A stretch of 64,000 nucleotides of DNA from Nitrospirales bacterium (lineage in GTDB: Bacteria > Nitrospirota > Nitrospiria > Nitrospirales > UBA8639), in the NCBI GenBank assembly GCA_965203295.1, contig CBDBCZ010000018.1:1344001-1408000 (forward strand), written 5' to 3'. Position 1 is the first letter of the stretch. Every line of letters starts with the position of its first letter. The position numbers were made by a program, and so were the translations under genes. Shown here piece after piece: positions 1-15,215 of this stretch. The notes below the pieces were generated by a model, which worked only from the letters and a program-made list of their open reading frames with translations, was not told where the DNA came from and searched no databases.

Positions 1-148
1 TGTGAATTTTTTTCTAAGCTCGCAAAAATCTGAACACAATTCATTTGTCACAGACAATGACGTCATGTCAACATGTGCCGTGCCGGAGCCTTGCTTGGCC
101 TCGCTGCACTGGGTAATGATCATATGTAGTTGAATTAACTGCTCTTAA

Positions 149-793
149 CTCATTGCGCGCCACGGGCCACTTTATTGGCCTTTACGTAATGCTTCCGCTA
201 CGCCACGGGCCATTAAAGATGCCTTAGAAACGGCAAGTTCATTTATCGGCCAGGAGGGGCAACCCCTTCCTTTATTAGCCATAAAATTGAGTACAGTGAT
301 TACTAATAGTGATGTAACTGTGCCGAAAGTCGGTCTACTCAGTAATAGAACGGATATACACGGCAAAATATACAACCGATCAAGACGATTAGCTACGGCT
401 ACCTACACTGCTACACAGTTAGTTAGGCTTTGTAGGCTTTGTAGTCAACTTCATTGGCAGATACGATGGTGACTGGTTCAGGAGAGAAACGGGGGCTTCA
501 GCAGGATCGTCGATCTTTGCTGCCTGAGGGTCAGGACCACAGTACCGTGTCGAACTTACCGTGCATCGGGTTATCGATCCTGAATCCCTTCTTGGTTCCA
601 ATTCGCTGTCCTTTTTGCCTTCAATGGCTGTAGCTGGTAGTCTTCCAACAAGTACGACGCAAAATTCGCTGGATACTTGACTTGGTAAGCATAAAAATAG
701 CCATACGCTGTACTAAAACTTTTAGTACGCCATTTTTGTAGAAACTGTGGCGTGGAGCATCACGCGCGTGACGTAATTACGGCGTGCAATGAG
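149..793. mobile_element. TTAA-flanked non-autonomous DNA transposon (piggyBac-like MITE), family A
   Basis: TTAA|CTCATTGCGCGCC ... GGCGTGCAATGAG|TTAA terminal inverted repeats; the same termini occur at 11421-11980; no coding capacity. Confidence 0.7.
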
Positions 794-1032
794 TTAAAAG
801 ACACCCCTAAAAATTAAAAAGGACAGTGCATAACATTTTTGTATACATTCCAAGTAGGCATGAACCCACTGGTGAATTCTGTAGTATCAACATTTCATGA
901 ATATGTTTTAATGAGTGAACAGGTGTGGTACCTTGGTGTGGTGGCAAGACAATGCTGGTGGCCTCAAGACTGTGAATATGCTAACTACTCCATCACCTGA
1001 TTTTGAGGTAAAGCGCGAGAAAACCCCATTTT

Positions 1033-1099
1033 AGACAGACAGACAGACAGACAGAACCGATTGCTTAACCCCGCCGCCGCCTACGCGCCGCGGGGTAAA
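1033..1099 (+). repeat. (GACA)n followed by a GC-rich hairpin end; possible Helentron/HINE-like terminus
   Basis: AGAC tetranucleotide run, then TTAACCCCGCC...GCGGGGTAA imperfect hairpin. Family assignment is by resemblance only. Confidence 0.3.
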
Positions 1100-1316
1100 A
1101 ACAGCCTGTATCTTTTACAGTACAATACACACAACGCAGTTTAGGCCAAGTCAACTACAGCTGTAGAACTGCTATAATTGGTACCCTGCTGAAACAGTCA
1201 AATGCAGTACGGCGAAAGAATAAACTCGGCAGTTTTATTGTGTGCAGACAGTTTGTAGTCATACGTCACAAAAACAATTTTTTTTTTTATGGCCGACTAC
1301 CAAGTTTTTGTCATCT

Positions 1317-1660
1317 AGGTAACACACAACAACCTTCATTTGCTCCATTAGAAAAGTTTAGCTTTGATTGACAACACCCAACATACCTAATGGTACGTGC
1401 CCACTGCCTCTCCGAGGATCATTAGCTCAAAATGTTAAGTCTCACTCAGGTTGATTCTACATTCCAGGGCAAATGGCGCTAAAGGTAACACACAACAACC
1501 TTCATTTGCTTCTTCACCCTCCATTAGAAAAGTTTAGCCTTGATTGACAACACCCAACATACCTAATGGTATGCGCCCATTGCCTCTCCCAGTACCCTTA
1601 GCTTAAAATGTTAAGTCTCACTCAGGTTGACTCTACATTCCAGGGCAAAAGGCGCTTGAC
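1317..1660. repeat. Tandem duplication (2 copies, ~170 bp) of a locally dispersed repeat
   Basis: GGTAACACACAACAACCTTCATTTGCT...CAGGGCAAA(T/A)GGCGCT occurs twice; related copies near 6290, 7270 and 7895. Confidence 0.8.
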
Positions 1661-1771
1661 TTCGCCCAACTCAATAATCCACTCAGCATTAGTGAATGCC
1701 ATTACCAACATTAGTAGCATTGTTTTACAATGGCTTCAAGTAATTAGTTAGTAAAAGGCCATTAAAGTTAA

Positions 1772-1909
1772 CTCTTTCCCAGCCAAGTTTTATACATCCA
1801 TAAGGCTAATGTGAATTTATATCGGCCTTTTTATATTAGGCGTTAATATAAAGTACATGTTTTTTCTATTTTATATGGGCACATAAATGTGCCCATGGCG
1901 TTCAAAGAG
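1772..1909. mobile_element. Short MITE family B (CTCTTT...AAAGAG termini)
   Basis: TTAA|CTCTTT start and AAAGAG|TTA end; a near-identical inverted copy lies at 24040-24182. Confidence 0.65.
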
Positions 1910-2636
1910 TTATTAACCACCAAAAATGATAAATGATTACTAAAACACTTTTTAAATTACTAACCTGGCTGAATTTGGTGGAAAAAATAGCTATAGCTAA
2001 TTCTCGCCTTGAACTTTTACTAGTTCGGTTTATGATCCTACTCAAACACTTCTAAAGTTTCAGTTAATTAATTAAAAAAACACTAACAATTATGGTCCAT
2101 ATTATCACTGGCCAGGTTTAAATTGTGAGGTTTTCAAAAATACGAGTGTTTATGAGAAAACAATGGCAAGTCAAAGCGCCGATGGTGTGTATGTGTGTCG
2201 TTCAAGGCTACCATGTATACGAACGCATATGAACCCCTCCCTCATGTGGGAGAGCAGCTACGGTTGAAACAAGAGAACAGCAAGAATGAGTTAAGAGCGG
2301 CAGGTGTTGTGAAACACAGCATCTTTGTCAGCTTCAAAATTCACAGGAGGCTCATCTGGCACGAGAAATACAGCTGCAGCGCTAGCTATGACAACTTTTT
2401 GAGCACACCAGAAAAATACAGCCACTACAGCACAGCACGTGTAACGATGACGTAATCTTCGTGACAAAATGCATTGCGTTTTAATTTTTGCCAGCTTCCA
2501 AAAAATAATCACATTTGTAATAGTTAGAGTACCGCAACTAAATCCAGATCTACAGTACGGCAAGAGTCATTCATACTGTGGGTTTCAAGGTGTAAGGGAT
2601 TTGTACCCTCGTGCAGTTGCTTGTCTTACAACTGCT

Positions 2637-2935
2637 CTCTGGTACAAACACCTTTGATACGTACATCACTAAACGATTGCAGTGTCGGCTGCATATCCAT
2701 ACTAGTCAACTGCAGCTGTAGAACTGCTATAACTGGTATCCAGCCGAAACAGTCAGGAAACCCAGGATAATTTATAACATTCTTCCTCATACTGTGGGTT
2801 TCAAGGTGTCTACCCTCTGGTACAAACACCTTTGATACGTACATCACTAAACGATTGCAGTATCGGCTGGATATCCATACTAGTCAACTGCAGCTGTAAA
2901 ACTGCCATAACTGGTATCCAGCTGAAACAGTCAAA
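2637..2935. repeat. Tandem duplication, period ~178 bp
   Basis: CTCTGGTACAAACACCTTTGATACGTACATCACTAAACGATTGCAGT...GAAACAGTCA is repeated at 2637 and 2815. Confidence 0.8.
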
Positions 2936-3719
2936 TGCAGTATGGCGAAAGAACAGACTTGGCAGTTTCATTGTGAGCTTACAGTTAGCAGCCATACGTC
3001 ACAAAAACAATTTTTTACGGCTGCCTACCACGTTGTTGCCATCTAGTTACACACAACTACCTTCACTTGCTGTAGCTTGGCCTTCAGCCCACCAAAAGCT
3101 GTTATATACTGAAGTTGCATAGTAACGTATCCCGTAATGTATTGCGTGCGTGATATGCACGGACGCACAAACAAACAAACAGATGTAGAAAAAGTAAAGC
3201 AATCTTAGAACCAGCCGTTTGTGCCCCCAGCTGGTAAATAAAAAATAAAAATAAAACACCCCATCTGGATAGGTAGTCATGTCACGTTTTCATACAACAA
3301 TACTACCTCTCTAGATGGAATGCTGTCATGTACCACGAAAATGTCCAAAGGATCATGAATGTATGAGGTGCCAACATATGTAAATAACAACCACACTACT
3401 AGGTGAATGCAGAGCATTGTGGGGCGAGCGTGAGCGATGACATGTACATACGTACTGCACGCACGAGTTATAGACGATTATTGTTGCATGACAATTTTCG
3501 AAGCGTGTGACAATTTTGAAATGCGTGACAACAGTCGTTGAAATAGGCATGCCAACGATTTTACGGAAGACCATGCAAGGACGGACGGACACACAGGTCT
3601 ATACTCATAAGAAAAAACCTAGTTGGGTGCTTCCTGAGCTTACTCTGTTTATATTCCTCAAGTAGGTGTGAAGCCACATGCAGGTGAATTCTGCACTTCA
3701 TGAATATGTTGAATATGCA

Positions 3720-4275
3720 ACCCAGAACACCTCATCCAGAACAGCTGAGATAATACCTTGTTTTTACCCAAATAGCTGATACACTGTTCTAACCCAGAAC
3801 AGCTGCACGAGTTAAAACATTGTTCTCACCCAGAAAAGCTGAGATACATTTTTAAGGTTTTTTTCACCAAAACAGCTGAGATAAAACCTTGTTCTTACCC
3901 CAACAGCTGAGTTAATTAAAACCTTGTTCTTACCCAAACAGCCGAGATATTAAGGAAAAAAACATTCTTTATACCCAGAACAGCTGATAAAACACTGTTT
4001 TTACCCAGAATAAGGGAGATAATTTAAAACATTCTTCCTATCAGGAAGAGCTGAGATAAAACATCCCAGAAGGGCTGAGTCAAGATTATTCCTACCAAAA
4101 CAGCGGAGATAATTAACACTTACCCCAAAAAACTGTAGGATTACTAGGTGCAAGGGAGTATCACTGGTGACCTAAAAAGGCCCTGGGGTGAAATATTAGC
4201 TCAGATAAAAATACTTCTTAACCAGAACAGCTGGGATAGGTTATTCTTACCAAAACAGCTGAGCTAAAACTTACC
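3720..4275. repeat. Degenerate ~30-37 bp minisatellite
   Basis: Recurrent core CCCAGAACAGCTGAGATAAAAC..TGTTCTTA, head to tail, without unique spacers. Confidence 0.75.
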
Positions 4276-5025
4276 CAAGACAACAGTGGAAGTGGGTCTT
4301 TCAGACAGTATCACAGGTGACCAAAAAATGCCCTGGGGGATAGATAAATTGGTCTGGGTATTTACAAGTACATGATTGTTTGAATGGGCACAGAATGCTT
4401 GGTTTAGCCCAGACACACAGCCCATAATTCCATTAATTAATTAACTAATTAACACCTAAGCTGTCTGAAAAAGTAATGATTTCACCATTGATTTGGCACT
4501 TGGCAATGAGGCTGAGTGGAACCCAGTCACTGTGCCAGCCCCTTGTTGGGTTTGGCAGGCTCCCTGTTTATTAAACTCTGGGTTAGCGTTACATCATATT
4601 ACATCATCAAACGAACAGCGTCCACGTGGCCACTAGTATGGATATCCGGCCGATACTGCAAACGTTTAGTATAATCACACTGCCGGTCCAGATCTGGGAC
4701 CACTGACATAATGCTGCCCCATCTTTGAATAAACGGGGAGCCGACCCCCTTTTCTAGCGTGGGGCTGGGCACAAGATTAGGAACAGCTGAGATAGGTTAT
4801 TGTTACCAAAGCAAGACAGCTGAGAAAAACTTACCCAAGACACCAATGGAAGTGGGTCTATCAGATGCCCAGGGAGTGTATCACAGGTGACCTACAAATG
4901 CCCTGGAGGAGAGGTAAATTGGTCTGGGTATTCACAAGTACATGATTGATTGGGTGTTGAATAGTTTAGCCCAGACACACAGTCAGTAAGTCATTAACTA
5001 ATTAAACTCTAAAACCTCTGAAGTG

Positions 5026-5691
5026 ATTGATGGTTTGTAGTGAACTCTTTTGTGCTATGTTCATCCCATTATTCATTGGGTGTTGAATAGTTTAGCCCAG
5101 ACACAGGTCAGTAAGTCCATTAACTAATTAACACCCCTTAAGTGCTCACAGCTGTCTGAAGCATTGGATTTCACTAGCCTCTGAACCCAGCCGTCCCAGC
5201 TTTTTTTTCGCTTCCCAGCTTTTTTTCGCTTGCAAGCGAAAAAAAGCAGGGACGGCTGGGTTCGAGGCTAGGATTTCACCTTTGGCACCTTGCATTGAGG
5301 CTGAGGTGGGTACAGTGGAACCACTTCATTGTGGACACCTTGGGGGCCTGGTGAATTGAAAGGTGTCCTCACTTCAGGGGTAAATTTATACGTTAAATGC
5401 TTCTCTTGTTAGTCAAAATAGATTGCTCAGCGTCAATGCAAGGTGCCAAAGGTGAAATCCTAGCCTCGAACCCAGCCGTCCCAGCTTTTTTTCGCTTGCA
5501 AGCGAAAAAAAGCTGGGACGGCTGGGTTCGAGGCTAGTGAAATCCAATGCTTCAGACAGCTGTGAGCAGTTAAGGGGTGTTAATTAGTTAATGGACTTAC
5601 TGACTGGTGTGTCTGGGCTAAACTATTCAACACCCAATCAATAATGGGATGAACATACATAGCACAAAAGAGTTCGCTACAAACCATCAAT
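5026..5691. repeat. Long inverted duplication (arms ~5026-5305 and ~5426-5691)
   Basis: The arms are reverse complements; each carries the palindromic MITE TAGCCTC(T)GAACCCAGCCGTCCC...GGGACGGCTGGGTTCGAGGCTA. Confidence 0.85.
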
Positions 5692-6803
5692 TAGGATCAT
5701 TTCTGTAAGTTTCAGCTTGTCATGAGTGTTAGCTTCGTTCTGTGACTTTTTTGGTGACATCAAAACTGTCACAGGGACGGGGATCTAAAATCATGTGTGT
5801 AATGCCAAAGTAGAAAGATAGTAGAAAGGCAGTTACGAGAGTGGGCGAGTGCACTTGCAATTCTCAGACGAGTGAAGGTAGCGAATTTATACCTCTTGTA
5901 GCTTTTCTTTGCAATTATGAAATTGTGGAAGTGGGTCTTTCAAACACCCAGGGAGTATCACAGGTGACCTAAAAATGCCCTGGGGAAGAGATCTGGGTAT
6001 TTACAAGTACATGATTGTTTGAATGGGCATGGAATGCATGGTTTAGCCCCCATAAGTCCATTAAGTTAATTCATTAATTAACTAATTAACACCTAAGTGT
6101 TCATAGCTGTCTGAAAGAGTAATGATTTCACCATTGATTTGGCACTTGGCAATGAGGCTGAGTGGAACCCAGTCACTGTGCCAGCCCCTTGTTGGGTTTG
6201 GCAGGCTCCCTGTTTATTAAACGGCTAGGAACTACTTGAGTGTTACATACTACCCATCACGGTCTATAGACCGAGACCCTCTTGCACCCTCCGTTAGAAA
6301 AGACTAGCTTTGATAGACAACACCCATTATACCAGAGCTAATGGTACGTGCCTACTGCCTCTCCCAGTACCTCTAGCTTAAAATGTTTTGAGTCTCACCC
6401 TACATTCCTAGGCTAATGGCGCTTGACTTCACCCAACTCAACAATCCACTCAATACTCCCTCACACAGCAGTGAATGCCATTAAGAACATTAGTAGGCTA
6501 AGTGTTCTTTTAGTATACATGTACTTATAGCTTCAAGTAAATAGTTAGTAAAAAGGCCATTAAAACTCTTTCCCTGCCAATGGCACATTTATGTGCCCAT
6601 TCAAAATAAAAAAGCCTGTACTTCATCCTATTTTAATATAAAAACTACATGTAAATTCACACTGGACTATATTACGGAAAAAACCTGACTGGTTAATTAA
6701 GAGTTTAGAAAATTAGTTTTAGTTAGCCAACGAAAATTCGTAATAACATGGTAGATTCACCGGCCTGGTTTACGCTAAATATATTACGTTCTAATTTTGC
6801 GAG

Positions 6804-8332
6804 CTTCTAAAAACATTCACATTCGCAATTATTCGATTATCGCAAAACAAACTGGTCCCACATAATATGGTACGGCACAGGTCATTTCTACCATGGGTGT
6901 CATGGTGTATGGGATTTGTATCCCCATGCAGTTTGTATGTCTTACAACTGCACTCTGGAACAAATCCCATACACATATAACATGTACCACTACTTCACCT
7001 ATTGTGACTCAGTTCAGCTGGGATGATTGTTCCCACATAATACAACATACATACAGCCATTGCCTGTTGATTACACACACATGGACTCGATGCCTAACCT
7101 ATATTTAGAGAAACACAGCCGTCTTTCGAAGTGGATCATGACGTAAGTTAATCACATGACTTTAGATACCAGGCCCTGTGACTTTCCTTTATACAACCAA
7201 AAAAAAGTTGTGGGCCTGGGAACTACATACTATCCACCACGGTCTATCAAGCGAGGCTGTCTATCACGTACTGTCCATTAGCTTTGATAGACAACACCCA
7301 ACATCTAACCCCATACCGGAGCTAATGGTACGTGCCTATTGCCTCTTCGAGGACCATTAGCTTAAAATATTAAGACTCGCCCTACATTCCTAGGGTAATG
7401 GCGCTTGACTTCACCCAACTCAACAATCTTCTAAAAACATTCACATTCGCAATTATTCGATTATCGCAAAACAAACTGGTCCTACATAATATGGTACGGC
7501 ACAGGTCATTTCTACCATGGGTTTCATGGTGTATGGGATTTGTATCCCCATGCAGTTTGTATGTCTTACAACTGCACTCTGGAACAAATCCCATACACAT
7601 ATAACATGTACCACTGCTTCACCTATTGTGACTCAGTTCAGCTGGGATGATTGTTCCCACATAATACAACATACATACAGCCATTGCCTGTTGATTACAC
7701 ACACATGGACTTGATGTCTAACCTATATTTAGAGAAACACAGCCGTCTTTCGAAGTGGATTATGACGTAAGTTGATCACATGACTTTAGATACCAGGCCC
7801 TGTGACTTTCCTTTGTGCAACCAAAAAAAAAGTTGTGGGCCTGGGAACTACATACTATCCACCACCGTCTATCAAGCGAGGCTGTCTATCACGTACTGTC
7901 CATTAGCTTTGATAGACAACACCCTACATCTAACCCCATACCGGAGCTAATGGTACGTGCCTATAGCCCCTCCCAGGACCATTAGCTTAAAATATTAAGA
8001 CTCGCCCTACATTCCTAGGGTAATGGCGCTTGACTTCACCCAACTCAACAATCTTCTAAAAACATTCACATTCGCAATTATTAGATTACCGCAAATAAAA
8101 CTGGTACTGCATAATATGGTACGGCACGGGTCATTTCTATGACGGGGTTACAAGGTGTATGGGATTTGCATTCTCGTGCAGTTTGTGTGTCTTACAACTG
8201 CCCTCTGGAACAAATCCCATACACCGTGAAGCAAGTACAACATGTACCACTGCTTCACCTATTGTGACTCAGTTCAGCTGGGATGATTGTTCCCACATAA
8301 TACAACATACATACAGCCATTGCCTGTTGATT

Positions 8333-8340
<8 letters not shown>
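6804..8340. repeat. Tandem array of ~2.5 copies of a 624-625 bp unit
   Basis: CTTCTAAAAACATTCACATTCGCAATTATT starts at 6804, 7428 and 8053; duplicated short ORFs in the track mirror this. Confidence 0.9.
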
Positions 8341-8802
<462 letters not shown>

Positions 8803-11420
8803 CCCATACATAGCCTGTCCTCTACTTGAAGCATAATTCCATGAGGAAGCCCAATATATACATGATACATGGACACCACGGGGACTTTGTGAAGTGTCCT
8901 GAATAGATCTAGAGAGGTGTCCTCATTTCAAGGGTAAATTTGTATTAAGAAAGCATATTTAAGACACATCAGTGTCCCTAATACAAAAGCGTCATTATTT
9001 CAGGGGTATCATTTTAAGAAGGGTTCCAGTGAAATGTCATGGTATAATCGTTATCGCAACTACATGTACATATGCATATAATATCACTGTGTCACCTATT
9101 GTGTCTCACTTCAGCAGACAAATCATACAATGTACGTATGCAAGATGCACAAGTTCTCTTCACACACACACACACACACAAAATAAATAACATGGGCGCA
9201 GTTGTAATGGACAGTCTAACGGAGACGATTCCGTAGGGCCTTCAGTCTTTAACTTTACAAGATAAACTATGTGTGGGGGTTCATTCCCATATCCGACATC
9301 GTCAATTGTCACTTTGTCAATTTCTCACTTTGTCAACACTAACCAGATGGGAATTGACTAAATTGGAACTGATAAAGCGAGAAGTTGAATAAAAAGAGAA
9401 TTATGCCTTCAATAGGGATCGATTCCAATGACGAGCTATACATTTCTCTACAATTAACTAAATCTTGTATAGTGTATAACATGCACACGACAGTTAATTA
9501 GCGGAATAATTTAATTACGCCACGACGATGGCAGTATGATCGGTTCATGGCATTGTAGCGAAAGACAGGGGATGACTCCGACTGAACTATCTACAGAACT
9601 GAAGAGCAGAACCCCCAAGCTTTCATTTGGCATCGGATTGTAAGAGTTTTGGAAGCTGAAGACTAAAAACAGACTTTCTACAACTGAAATCGCCAGTCAA
9701 GGAGCAAACAACAGGTAATTTACTGTCTGCTACGAGTATAGTAGCTATCTCACCTTAAGAGTCGGAACCGCCTCTTTCCTGGTAATAGACTGCGAGCCGC
9801 TCGATTTTCAGTCACAGATGTGGCCTTCTAGGCTTTTCAGAGGCCAGTAGGATCGAAGTTCAAACTACTGATCACTTTCTAGGCCTCTACTCGGCGAAAA
9901 CATCGCTACAGGCACTACCTTCAGTCATGATTCAGAAAAGGTAACTGATTCATAACCGAACATGGCATCGATAGCGCACGGATATAACACGGTAGTACAC
10001 GCTTTGCCAAGATTTCTGGTAAAGTACTCACATGCGCAAACAGTGTATACCAGGCCCACTTTCAGGCGGGGTGGGAGGGGCCTGGGCACGAAGCTAGGAT
10101 ATTCTGTGGTGCCAACAGGTTACTAACCATGTTTGGATGACGTACAACAGGTGATTCTCAATAGCTATTTTCCTTCATATAACTTGCAGGAAAATATAAT
10201 CCGGACGTTTGTGTGTCTAAGGACTTCTACTGAACCCCCCCATACTCCATCTTTCAACCTTTCTCTATTTAATGCACACATTATGTCATGCATTACATCA
10301 TTCTCAGTACTTAAGCTTGAGTTTCTACGCAGTTTAGTAATAATTCCACTGATGAAGATCCTCGGATCGAAACGTTTGGACCTCTCTTGAGTTTCATTAT
10401 GCATGCTACGTAAGAGCTCAATAATCCTCTCTAACATTTCGACACATGGTCCGCACAAGTGACTTTTCTTTGTGTCCCCGATAAAGTCGTACGTGGGCCT
10501 GGGAACGAGGTTAGCAGGTTTAGTTGAAGAATATGGTTTTCCTGCTGAAGTTAGCTAAATTGAAAAGCACGTACATGTACATGTATGTAACTCAGAATAT
10601 GAGAATTCTACATACGGCAATCACATCCACATCACTGCATCACCTATTGTGACTCAGCTTGGTGCAACAGTGTACTATAATTCCCTTCCATTTACGGAAT
10701 CACATCAAAATGACATACTTTTTCCCATCACTATTAGCTCACAGGGTTGTTGTGGATACTGCCATATAATATGTGACCCGCTGAGCGAAAACTCGGTACA
10801 TCTCGCATTTTATAAATACTGAGATCACGTCAGTTTTGTGATCAATACCCTCTGATGGTAGCCTCGTTCCCAGGCCTGCACCTCAGCTTTTGTCGCTTGC
10901 AGTATGGAGCCTGGCTACTATGGGCTGTCCATAAAATTTGGTGGTTATCGGACGCTCGGTTCCCGAGATACAGTCCGAAACACTAGCGCATTACAAAAGC
11001 GTTTCACACAATTTGACGTTGTTTATGTACTAAATTTGATTGTGATACGAATAGTATACAGAATCACAATGTTTTGACGTTGCTACAGTATATCGTACTT
11101 CTGTATACTATCCATAACATGTACACACTTAGTACGTGACTTAGGCTTGTACCATACCTAGCTCAAACTGACCAATGAGCTTACAGTATATGGATGCTAT
11201 AACAGGTCATATTTCCCGCGAACAGATCAAAGAAGAATTGCATAGCGGGTCCCACTGGGCAGGGATCTTATACCACCGCAACGTTAACACTCACCACAGC
11301 ACCCAGCTATGCACCCCCAGAGTACACCCACGGGTAAGTACAGCTACCTACCCAATGATAACTGAGTATAAATTAAAATTATAACAAACTCGACTACAAA
11401 TATACTCCCTACAAATTTAA

Positions 11421-11980
11421 CTCATTGCACCCGGAAATTACATCATCTTGGGTGTCAACGTACGTGAAATAATTTACCTCAAGCATATCATCCTCGTTGG
11501 AGTAAAACGAGCTAAGTTTGCTGCGAGTGTTTAGTAGACAAAACAGCTATTGGCGACTCCCAGCTGTGAAAGGGTATGTGTGGTCTCTATATGGACGCAA
11601 ACGAAGCCAGCACATCGAATTTCCAGCTGTTCTGGTTAGCTTTGAGTGTACTAGCAAGCCTTAGCGTGGTAGCTAGAAGCTTTTCGTGATGCTTATGACC
11701 CCAGTTGTGATGTAGAGTGGTTAGATGGATTGTCCGTGCATCGAGCACGTCTACTAAAAGCCTTAGAACTCGATCCTGCAAGCGCTCTATCTAAGACTAT
11801 GTACTGTGTATTGACGATCTGGCTGGTACGCATGTGCTAGTTGCTCGAAATGACTTCCGGCATTTAGGCTATGAATATCTACTTGTAATTGCAGCCCGTT
11901 TCTGATAAAGAAGGCTTCTCCCTTAAGGGAAGTGCCGCTATGCAAGCGGGCCACTTTAGTGGCCTTCCGCGTGCAATGAG
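11421..11980. mobile_element. TTAA-flanked MITE, family A termini
   Basis: TTAA|CTCATTGCACCCGGAA ... TTCCGCGTGCAATGAG|TTAA (15 of 16 nt inverted match). Confidence 0.75.
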
Positions 11981-13643
11981 TTAAAGCAGTGCTGTGAATG
12001 GCTACAAACCTACATGTATTTCTTTAGTGGACATCTATACTCGTGCGGCAAGCCTACGAGAGGCATCTGCGCGTGCGTAACCCTAGTTAAGGTGTGCGTG
12101 TTTATTATGACCTACTAACTGCCATTAAACCTTGTTTTATCACGATTATTACATTACAACTTTTCAATATCCTGGTGTGGGGGGGGGGATATGAAACCTG
12201 CTATTGGATATCTGCCTTTGCTTCGGAAACAAGGTGAAATAAAAGGCATGGGTCGACATAAGGTTGTGATTAACTCACTAATAAATTTACCCATGTGTAA
12301 GTACACATGGCTTCCTGCACTCCAGTGACACACCCTTTTAACAGATAGCGCTATCTTATAAGTAAATTCATTATCACCACGGAGCCAATCAATTATTCCA
12401 CCCACCCATCTTAAAATCTTGACCTACCATCCCCAGCGAGCCTACCAACGCGGATTAGTATACTACAGCGGTAGACTAACATTATATAACTCGATACTGG
12501 CTTACGCAATCGGGGGCTGAGTCTCCGGATGTACCAGTCTAGCTGTCCACCGCAAATTTTAAAGCGCCCACGTGGTGGCATTCTTCTTGGAGCTGGGCCG
12601 AAGATGGCTGCTCGTCAGGGGTATATCACCCGCACTGTCAATGAGGTAGTCGCGAAGTGTTCCACCAACCACTGCTCTAAGCTACCGCTATGCTAGCCTC
12701 GTACTCACAGATAGTCTAGATATTGCATGCTGATTCACTTGGGACTCCCCCTGTTTATTTTTTATCACGCGACATGCGTCATCCAGCGCTCGGCGATATA
12801 TCGACCTTTTGCTCAGCCCCGCCCCGTCAATTCTCTAATGCTGGTTCAGATAAGGAGCGCACTATAACCCATTGCCTCTCGGTGCAATAAAGTCAGCTAC
12901 AACTGCACTGTCATTACTCATGAATGGCTTATACAGCCCTCGAACAAGGCAGCAAAGTGAGCTGGTCTGACGCCTATGGGAATGTATGACCTCGATGGGA
13001 AGTAAGCTTTGCTAGGTAACAATATTGAAGTTATACAACTGTCCACTAAAATATTACCACAAGTCAATTATTCAGAGATTTTCTACTCTAACTATTGCTA
13101 CAGTTCCCTTTGAAAAGCTGCTTAAGGTGCTACCATAGATAGTAGAGACTAGAGTAGAAGGACAGGGAATGGAAACTCCCCACTCACACCTAATTAATTC
13201 CCATCCGTATTAGGATGCGTATGGCTTCAGTACTATTAGTGTGCATGTAGCTATGGATAGTACAGAGATAACAGAAGGGCTGAGAACCATAGCGTTCTGA
13301 CCCAAAATGAAGTGCTGGAAATTGCATGAACAGCACAAACAATAATGTGCATATCCTATAAGCATATGACCAAAAATTTGAACATCTAAAATTTTGAGCA
13401 GCTCCTGAAACACAGTATTCTCATGTTTGTAACAATTTTGTGGGTTAGACCACTCTGGTTCTTATCCCTTCAATAGTAACAGCACAAACAGACCTTGTGC
13501 ATGCTACATGTAGATATAATTGAGTAAATTACTCTGTGTGTAACTTAATGTTCTCAATAATGTTATGACTATCATTATTTCTGTTCTTAATAATGAGTGG
13601 TTCCAGGGCCACCCTATTTTTTTAACCGAAGCACTGATACTTC

Positions 13644-14523
13644 TCAGCTGTCCATTTCCATGCATGGTTCTCAAAGTTCATTGCGGGCAGTGACAAGCAA
13701 ATCACGGAGGTCAATGTGTACCACTGTTGCAGTACCATCTGATGGGTCTGGTGGACTTGGTGGATGCGCACCCTCAGGGTCAGAGTCAGTCTGTGCAACA
13801 GGTTCATAGGTGTCATTTGTGGGAACTTCCTCCACAGCTGTGGGGAACATTTGATTTGTTGAGCTGAGTAGAAAGTAACAATGCCAATGAATGTTGCAAA
13901 GGCTATGCTGGTAGAGGTGAATGTAACAGCATTCTGGTTACCTCCTGAGGAATGAATATACAGGGTGGCTAATGCAAGAACGCCTAGATTGACAGTTCCA
14001 AAATATTCAAATACCAGGCCTTGTAAATTCTATTTCCCAACAGGGAATAGACGATGTGGAGTATAGCAGAAACAGAACCCATATAGCCAAAAGGTTAACA
14101 CTTGGATCCCCAAGAATGTTGAAGGCAAACAGAAAGAACTGGGCACAACAAACTAGAAGCATCAGTCCAGTCCAGTAGCGATGTTTGGTGCATGGTATGC
14201 ATCAAGAAATGGAATGACTCTGTGGCTATTCACCCAGGTAAGCATCTTGCATTGTCCAGACCTAGAATGAAGCCACTGACTAAAGATCAGAAATAGAGTA
14301 TAGGGCAGAAATAGGAGAGCGAGGACAACCAATGCTTCAATAAATAGGGGAATGTGTATGCTTATAGTGCTAAGGTATCCAATATTTCCATCATAGAGCC
14401 ACATGGCAACATTTAATTTGTTGGGATATTCCAGGAGTGTGTAAGAAAGAGCTGCAATGACTGCCTGGAGAAATTTACTGTATGATAGCAGAAAGAGTGT
14501 TGCGAGAACAGCAATTGGATTCC
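13644..14523 (-). pseudogene. C-terminal fragment of a multi-pass membrane protein, frameshifted
   Basis: Minus-strand translation NPIAVLATLFLLSYSKFLQAV...WLYDGNIGYL...HIPLFIEALVVLALLFLPYTLFLIFSQWL...PFLDAYHAP, followed by further hydrophobic segments in other frames. No upstream coding context is present. It resembles an expanded sponge multi-TM family (from memory, not searched). Confidence 0.6.
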
Positions 14524-14995
14524 AGAAAAATCTTCAGAAACTTAACATTTTTTCCAGTGCTGGTCTTCTATTTTCAAACTGTCCAGCTGCTCCTGCTGCT
14601 CAGTAGAATCACCTTTAGGCCGCCATACTGAGAGTCAAAGAAACTGCTAAGTGCTCTAGGCTTCACCCCTGTACCCCAGCAATCCCACTCTTTTAATAAC
14701 AACATACAGCTAAATTCAAATAATTAGTATACCAGACAGATATTAGTAACATCCACAAACAATGAAGTGAAAATAATCATCAAAGCAATGTATTTCACTG
14801 GGTGTATCTTATGTGATTCACGGAATGTCAGTTCTCAGTAGGGCACTCCTGGGGACTGGTACTGGTTTCTTCTCTGCAGACTGGCTTGTACTGCATTGTT
14901 TTGGGGACAGCCCCTGCTCATTAGAAACATTAACATACGTATGCTTATCAACATCGAGCATAATGCCAAGTGATCATGCCCAGCAGACCTTAACG

Positions 14996-15215
<220 letters not shown>

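Noticed and set aside
3720..4275. Regularly spaced ~35-bp repeats resembling a CRISPR array
   Set aside because: The units are degenerate and contiguous, with no unique spacers and no cas genes, in a eukaryotic context.
6791..7714. Duplicated 60-72 aa ORFs on both strands
   Set aside because: They arise from the 624-bp tandem repeat and show no domain or splice support.
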